Below are positions 25,819 through 30,861 of a stretch of 30,861 nucleotides of DNA, one piece after another. The DNA is taken from the NCBI GenBank assembly GCA_049515895.1, contig JBEKTQ010000030.1, forward strand, positions 1-30,861, given 5' to 3'. The notes under the pieces were generated by a model, which saw only the letters and a list, made by a program, of their open reading frames with translations, had not been told where the DNA came from and made no database searches. The translations under genes and the position numbers were made by a program. The first letter of the stretch is position 1, and the number at the start of each line of letters is the position of its first letter. This DNA comes from Candidatus Bathyarchaeia archaeon (GTDB lineage: Archaea > Thermoproteota > Bathyarchaeia > Bathyarchaeales > Bathycorpusculaceae).

Positions 25819-26487
25819 TTGGCAAAAAGTGGCAATTACAGAGTAAAATTAAGGCGTAGGCGGGAAGGAAAAACTGATTACCAAGCACGTAAGGCTTTGG
25901 TTACTTCCGGAAGGCCTCGCCTTATCACACGCGCTTCACTAAAGAATATTACAGTGCAAATAGCCATTGCGAAACCTCACGGTGACGAGGTCTTAGCCGC
26001 AGCTAACAGTCGTGAATTAGGCAAAACCTACGGGTGGAAAGCTCCATCTGGCAACATTTCATCAGCATACCTTACAGGTTATCTTTGCGGTCTAAAGGCG
26101 AAAGCTGCAGGCGTAAAAGAAGCCATTTCAGACATAGGCTTGATTGCTCCCACTAAAGGCGCCAAAGTTTTCGCGGCGTTAAGCGGAACTGTGGATGCCG
26201 GAGTGGATGTTCCTCACAGTGAAGAGAAAATCGTTAAGGAACGCATGAAGGGCGAACACATAGCGAAGTACGCTAAAAGCTTAGGTGTGGGGTCGGAAGA
26301 GTACAACGCAAAATTCTCAAAGTACATCGCACAGGGTGTTGCACCGGAAAAACTCCCGGAGCACTTCAACAAAGTTAAGGGTGAAATCACAGCGGCATTT
26401 AAGGCCGGCAAACCTGTTGCTGAAGCTGCGCCAAAAGAGAAAGCTCCAAAAGCAAAGGTAAGCAAGAAAGGTGAAAAGAAAGCATGA
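25819..26487 (+). CDS. rpl18: 50S ribosomal protein L18 (uL18)
   Basis: RRRREGKTDY, N.SSAYLTG, GEHIAKYA; TTG start; short basic tail. Confidence 0.98.
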   Translation: MAKSGNYRVKLRRRREGKTDYQARKALVTSGRPRLITRASLKNITVQIAIAKPHGDEVLAAANSRELGKTYGWKAPSGNISSAYLTGYLCGLKAKAAGVKEAISDIGLIAPTKGAKVFAALSGTVDAGVDVPHSEEKIVKERMKGEHIAKYAKSLGVGSEEYNAKFSKYIAQGVAPEKLPEHFNKVKGEITAAFKAGKPVAEAAPKEKAPKAKVSKKGEKKA

Positions 26488-27131
26488 GTCAAACTCAAAG
26501 ACGAGACAGACAAAGTAACCTGGAAACATGGGTACCGAAAACCCGTTTGGGCAAAATGATCCAGGAAGGCAAAATAACAACAATAGAAGACGTATTCCTA
26601 AGCGGTATAAAAATTTCAGAGCCTCAAATTGTTGACTCCCTAATTCCTGACCTGCAGGAAGAAGTCATAAACGTTAACCTAGTACAGAAACAAACAGACG
26701 CTGGCGAAAAATCCCGATTTAAAGCCATCGTTGCAGTCGGAAACAGAGACGGCTACATAGGTTTAGGTTCAGGAAAAGCCAGTCAAGTACGAAACGCCAT
26801 TGAAAAAGCAGCCGCGAACGCTCGCTTAAACATCATTCCAGTAAAACGTGGATGCGGAAGTTGGGAATGCGGATGTGGCAAACCACATTCAATTCCATTC
26901 CAAGTTGAAGGGAAATGCGGAGGCGTCCGAGTGATCATTGTCCCAGGACCCAGAGGTTTAGGCTTGGTTTCAAGCGAAGTGGCCAAAGTCATCTTGGGTC
27001 TAGCGGGAGTCAAGGACCTCTGGATGAGAAGCTATGGTTCGACAAGAACAGTGCCCTCCTACGCCTGCGCAATCTTCGACGGATTAAAGAAAACATACTA
27101 CTTGATTACCCAAGTAGACTGGGTGAGGTAA
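26484..27131 (+). CDS. rps5: 30S ribosomal protein S5 (uS5)
   Basis: WVPKTRLG, VQKQTDAGE, RGCGSWECGCG, PGPRGLGLV. Confidence 0.98.
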   Translation: MSQTQRRDRQSNLETWVPKTRLGKMIQEGKITTIEDVFLSGIKISEPQIVDSLIPDLQEEVINVNLVQKQTDAGEKSRFKAIVAVGNRDGYIGLGSGKASQVRNAIEKAAANARLNIIPVKRGCGSWECGCGKPHSIPFQVEGKCGGVRVIIVPGPRGLGLVSSEVAKVILGLAGVKDLWMRSYGSTRTVPSYACAIFDGLKKTYYLITQVDWVR

Positions 27132-27132
27132 A

Positions 27133-27621
27133 ATGGCGCAGAAAACTGACCAATGCAAATGCCTCGTAGCCGTTAGAGTTCGTGGAACAGTAAGTGCCCA
27201 GCGAGAAGTACGCGAAACTCTTGAACTGCTGCACCTGACCCACACTAATCACGCTTTGCTTATCGACAGTCGACCAGACTACCTTGGAATGCTGCAGCGC
27301 GTAAACAACTACGTGACCTGGGGCGAACCCACAAAAGAAATGGTCTCCATGATGCTGCAGAAACGCGCAAGATTAGAAGGCGCTAAAAAACTAACCGACG
27401 AATACATCCAAAAAGCAGGCTATAAATCAGTTGACGACCTATCAGAGGCTATAATAAACTGCAAAGTCGCATTCCAAAAATTACCTGGAATGCAGCCGTT
27501 GTTCAAGCTGCACCCGCCAAGCAAAGGATACAAAGGCAAAACTAAGAAAAGCTTCAAAGCAGGCGGCGAAGCTGGCTACCGTGGAGAAGCAATAAACGAC
27601 TTAGTAAAACGTATGATTTAA
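27133..27621 (+). CDS. rpl30: 50S ribosomal protein L30 (uL30, archaeal long form)
   Basis: AVRVRG, GMLQRVNNYVTWGE, FKLHPPSKG, GYRGEAINDLVKRM. Confidence 0.97.
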   Translation: MAQKTDQCKCLVAVRVRGTVSAQREVRETLELLHLTHTNHALLIDSRPDYLGMLQRVNNYVTWGEPTKEMVSMMLQKRARLEGAKKLTDEYIQKAGYKSVDDLSEAIINCKVAFQKLPGMQPLFKLHPPSKGYKGKTKKSFKAGGEAGYRGEAINDLVKRMI

Positions 27622-27874
27622 TCTGCGTTAATTTTGCATTTCTTTCAACTATGCACTTTATAAGTAAACCATTAATCCAAGGTTCCAGAGGGAACAGTAA
27701 TTAACCGTCGCAAGAAAAATGAATGTTCGAGTTCAGTGTTATTTGTTCTGTTCTGAGGACTATCAAGCATGCAATCGTCATTTTTAGTGGAAAACTGCTT
27801 CAGGGGAACCGCGCGTTTTCTCTTTGTTTATGTGCGATACGTTTTATAGTTACGACTCTGAAATCGGTTAGGTA

Positions 27875-28348
27875 TTGGAGGGGGAAGACACGAGCGCAAA
27901 ATGGCGTAGAAGCGCAAAAAACCGTAAATGGTTAGATCTTGACAAACAATCATCTGAAAACAATAGATCAAAAATGATTAGACCTGAACATGCTTATCGC
28001 ATAAAATCTATATCCGTTCCCTTAAGCTTTCGACCATCCAAAAACTTCACTGGTCACAAATTCCAAGAGCAGAAACCATTGATTGACATATTTCAAGAAA
28101 ACAACTTCATAACTGTCGTAGCCGAAATCACAGGGTTTAATAAGGATACCCTCAAAATTCATGTGAAAGACCAGAAAATCACGCTGTCGGCAAAATCGAA
28201 AGATCGAAGATACTATAAAAGTTTAAATCTGCCGAATGTAGTGATTCCAGACATCATGTACACCAAATTCAAGAATGGTGTGCTAGAAATAAAGTTAAGA
28301 AAAGCCGTAACAGCAATAAACAAAGAAGCTGACCAAAATGCCGCATAA
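27875..28348 (+). CDS. Hsp20/alpha-crystallin domain protein inserted in the ribosomal cluster
   Basis: KPLIDIF..VVAEITG...YYKSLNLP...FKNGVLEIKL parallels the Hsp20 at 9621-10217; start uncertain (TTG 27875 or ATG 27974). Confidence 0.82.
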   Translation: MEGEDTSAKWRRSAKNRKWLDLDKQSSENNRSKMIRPEHAYRIKSISVPLSFRPSKNFTGHKFQEQKPLIDIFQENNFITVVAEITGFNKDTLKIHVKDQKITLSAKSKDRRYYKSLNLPNVVIPDIMYTKFKNGVLEIKLRKAVTAINKEADQNAA

Positions 28349-28763
28349 ACTTAGAAAAATACGGAAATTCAGAGGTTCAAGAACTGTAGGCTACGGAAGG
28401 ATAGGCCAGCACCGAGACGCAGGATCTAAAGGGCATAGAAAAGTTGGGCGACACAAACACTTGTGGAGCTACGTCGTAACCCATGAACCTGATTATTTCG
28501 GTAAAAGCGGTTTTACTTCGCCTAAAAGCCTTCATCGACGCGAGAACCCGATTAATCTAAAGAAGCTTGAAGAACTAGCGCGAACGAGCCAGAAGGAAAA
28601 GCCACAAATTGATCTGGCAGCGTTAGGTTACACTAAACTTTTGGGTTCAGGGAAAATCAAAAAGGCCTTGACCGTACAAGTGCCCTCTTACTCGAAATCA
28701 GCAGCGGAAAAAATCAAGAAAGCAGGTGGAGAAATAGTAGGCTCCCCAGTCAACGGAGAGTAA
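28338..28763 (+). CDS. rpl15: 50S ribosomal protein L15 (uL15)
   Basis: RKFRGSRTVGYG, YFGKSGF, KLLGSG, SKSAAEKIKKAGG. Confidence 0.97.
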   Translation: MPHKLRKIRKFRGSRTVGYGRIGQHRDAGSKGHRKVGRHKHLWSYVVTHEPDYFGKSGFTSPKSLHRRENPINLKKLEELARTSQKEKPQIDLAALGYTKLLGSGKIKKALTVQVPSYSKSAAEKIKKAGGEIVGSPVNGE

Positions 28764-28772
28764 AGCTTCTAA

Positions 28773-30200
28773 ATGCCCGGAAGATTCCTCAGTCTCTTCA
28801 AGCCAATTGGAAGAGTTCTTCCAGAAATCAAAAAGCCTGAGCGAAAAGTAAGTTTCAACGAGAAAATCTTCTGGACTGGTCTTACCTTAGTTATTTTCCT
28901 CGTAATGTCTCAAATCCCACTTTACGGGATTTCGTCTGAAGTTTCAAGTTCGTTTAGTCAACTTCGAGTTATCTTTGCTTCTAACAACGGGACCCTAATG
29001 CAGCTGGGCATTGGACCAATCGTTACAGCGGGTTTGATTCTGCAGTTGCTTGCAGGGTCCTCAATCATCGAATGCGACATGTCAAACGCGGAGGACAGGG
29101 GATTATTCACATCCGCCAGCAAAGTGTTCAGCATCGTTCTCACAGGCATCCAAGCAGCAGCATACATCATAAGCGGCATGTTCGGCGCCCTCGCGGGATC
29201 AACAGCGCTAATTATTTTTTTCCAACTTCTTGCCGCTGGATTGATGGTTATGCTCATGGATGAGCTTATCCAGAAAGGCTGGGGTCTAGGCAGCGGAATC
29301 AGCCTCTTCATAGCGGCAGGAGTGGCCCAATCAGTAGTTTGGGACATGTTTTCACCCGCCACAGGATTATTCGTCGGCTCACTCTCCGCTTACTTAAGTC
29401 ACGGCATAAAACTAGTAACTTGGATAGTCGGTACTTCATCAGGCGTTTACCCGTCTTTAATCGGGTTCTTCGCAACCATAACATCGTTCCTAGTCGTTAT
29501 CTATCTAAACGGAGTAAGAATTGAGCTTCCAATGAGCTACGCAGGTTACAAGGGTTTCCGAAGCCGGTACCCCATTAAACTGCTTTACGTTTCTAACTTA
29601 CCAGTCATATTTGCATCAGCGTTGTTTGCAAACGTTTACTTCTTCACACAACTACTTTGGAGCCAAATGGGCAGCCCTCCTCCCTCTGCACACAACCTTC
29701 TATTCACTATAATCGGGCAGTTCAATGTGACTGTTTCAAAAACCGGCACCACTAGCGTTGCGCCAATAGGCGGTCTTGCTTGGCTTGTAACCGCGCCAGC
29801 TAACATTCAACAAGTCGCCCTTGCCCCACTGCGAGCCGCCGCCTACCTAGGTATTCTTGTGGGTTTCTGCGCTGTCTTCTCCCTTATTTGGCTTGAAGTC
29901 GGCGGTCTAGGGCCAGCAAAAGTTGCACAGCAACTCATGGATTCAGGCATGCAGATCCCTGGTTACCGCAGATCGGGAAGACCTATCGAAGCTGTCCTTA
30001 AACGTTACATTCCAGTCGTAACAGTGCTCGGGGGAATCTTTGTCGGACTCATAGCGGCAGGCGCAGATTTCTTCGGAACATTCGGCACAGGAACAGGCAT
30101 ATTGCTGTCAGTAGGCATTATCTACCAATACTACGAACTATTAATGCAAGAACGCGCCGCAGAAATGTACCCAGCGTTCAGAAGAATCCTGGGCGAATAG
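28773..30200 (+). CDS. secY: Preprotein translocase subunit SecY
   Basis: LGIGPIVTAG, KGWGLGSGISLFI, YPIKLLYVSNLPVI, QIPGYRR, GTGTGILLSV. Confidence 0.99.
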   Translation: MPGRFLSLFKPIGRVLPEIKKPERKVSFNEKIFWTGLTLVIFLVMSQIPLYGISSEVSSSFSQLRVIFASNNGTLMQLGIGPIVTAGLILQLLAGSSIIECDMSNAEDRGLFTSASKVFSIVLTGIQAAAYIISGMFGALAGSTALIIFFQLLAAGLMVMLMDELIQKGWGLGSGISLFIAAGVAQSVVWDMFSPATGLFVGSLSAYLSHGIKLVTWIVGTSSGVYPSLIGFFATITSFLVVIYLNGVRIELPMSYAGYKGFRSRYPIKLLYVSNLPVIFASALFANVYFFTQLLWSQMGSPPPSAHNLLFTIIGQFNVTVSKTGTTSVAPIGGLAWLVTAPANIQQVALAPLRAAAYLGILVGFCAVFSLIWLEVGGLGPAKVAQQLMDSGMQIPGYRRSGRPIEAVLKRYIPVVTVLGGIFVGLIAAGADFFGTFGTGTGILLSVGIIYQYYELLMQERAAEMYPAFRRILGE

Positions 30201-30222
30201 CTTAGACGAGGTCGCCTACAAC

Positions 30223-30240
30223 TTTTTTCTTCTCTTTTTC
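30223..30240 (+). terminator. Pyrimidine/oligo-T tract after secY
   Basis: TTTTTTCTTCTCTTTTTC about 23 nt after the secY stop. Confidence 0.55.
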
Positions 30241-30377
30241 TCATCAAGTCCTCTGGGCTTGCTAATTTTGGCTGTTCAACTTTGACGGTAATCACAATCT
30301 TTATAGGTAATTTTTGCATTTTTGAGAGGTTAGGCGAGGGCTATATTGTCCTCGCAGTATAAATGGAGAAAAAGAAC

Positions 30378-30861
30378 ATGAAAATTCTAAAAAACAAAAT
30401 TGCAGCAATAACGATTTGTACGCTCTTTATACTTTCAATTGCAGCTTCAACAACACTAATACATAATGCTAACGCTCATACTCCCCCTCAGCAGATTCAG
30501 CTATTCGCTTTTTGCAACGTTGGTCCTAACCCCATCGGTATCGGTCAAACAGCTACAGTTGGCTTCTGGCTCAATCTACCGCCCATAACAGCATCAGGCC
30601 CCTACGGCGACAGATATGGCAACATGACAGTTATCGTTACTAAACCTGATGGCACAAAAACAACCCTAGGCCCTTTTGTATCTGATGACACAGGAGGAAC
30701 AGTTACACACTTTACACCCGACGCAGCTGGCACCTACAGCTTCCAGATGGTGTTCGGAGGAGAAACATTGACCGGCTATACCTATAACCCGTACTCACAA
30801 AGTTATGAGAACAGTTTGCCCTCGTTCTTGGTGTCTCCCTATGTTAACGATACAATTCTAC
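30378..30861 (+). CDS. Secreted/surface protein, N-terminal part (partial); resembles the N-terminus of Bathyarchaeia PQQ-like beta-propeller proteins
   Basis: Open to the window end: signal peptide MKILKNKIAAITICTLFILSIAAS..ANA, then PNPIGIGQT, VTKPDGTKTTLGPFVSDDTGG, FTPDAAGTY (Ig-like). SD GGAG precedes ATG 30378. The propeller itself is outside the window; family from recollection. Confidence 0.75.
   Translation, partial: MKILKNKIAAITICTLFILSIAASTTLIHNANAHTPPQQIQLFAFCNVGPNPIGIGQTATVGFWLNLPPITASGPYGDRYGNMTVIVTKPDGTKTTLGPFVSDDTGGTVTHFTPDAAGTYSFQMVFGGETLTGYTYNPYSQSYENSLPSFLVSPYVNDTIL

Noticed and set aside
8089-27695. Chromosomal oriC based on ORB-like words at 8089-8102 and 27682-27695
   Set aside because: Single, distant, imperfect matches without G-strings or an adjacent cdc6/orc1; not enough to call an origin.
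27723-27935. 70-aa ORF in the rpl30-sHSP spacer
   Set aside because: No motif or clear SD, and it overlaps the sHSP ORF; probably spurious.

Overview
Archaeal chromosomal window, most likely from Bathyarchaeia (TACK); this is inferred from gene content and from the secreted protein at the right edge. It starts with the 3' end of a 16S rRNA gene that is not followed by tRNA-Ala or 23S. A mixed region follows: an orphan Pvc16/DUF4255-like protein, PUA protein, Zn-finger protein, LSm-rpl37e, HAD hydrolase, MFS transporter, ferredoxin, RPA, two DUF131 proteins, SWIM protein, Hsp20, an elongator tRNA-Met with two introns, VOC protein and acyl-CoA ligase. Next come the [NiFe]-hydrogenase maturation genes hypF-C-D with a convergent hypE, then the rpl22 to secY ribosomal cluster. 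Several ribosomal proteins in that cluster have long charged tails, and a small heat-shock gene sits between rpl30 and rpl15. The least explained element is at 8060-8350, beside the RPA gene. It has a G/T-skewed tract, then eight exactly 10-bp-phased GAC-core repeats abutting a TATA-like box, then a doubly frameshifted relic of an AbrB/MazE-like DNA-binding gene. This may be a repeat-array/binding-protein module (operator, centromere or iteron-like). All family assignments come from motif recognition by eye, with no database searches.
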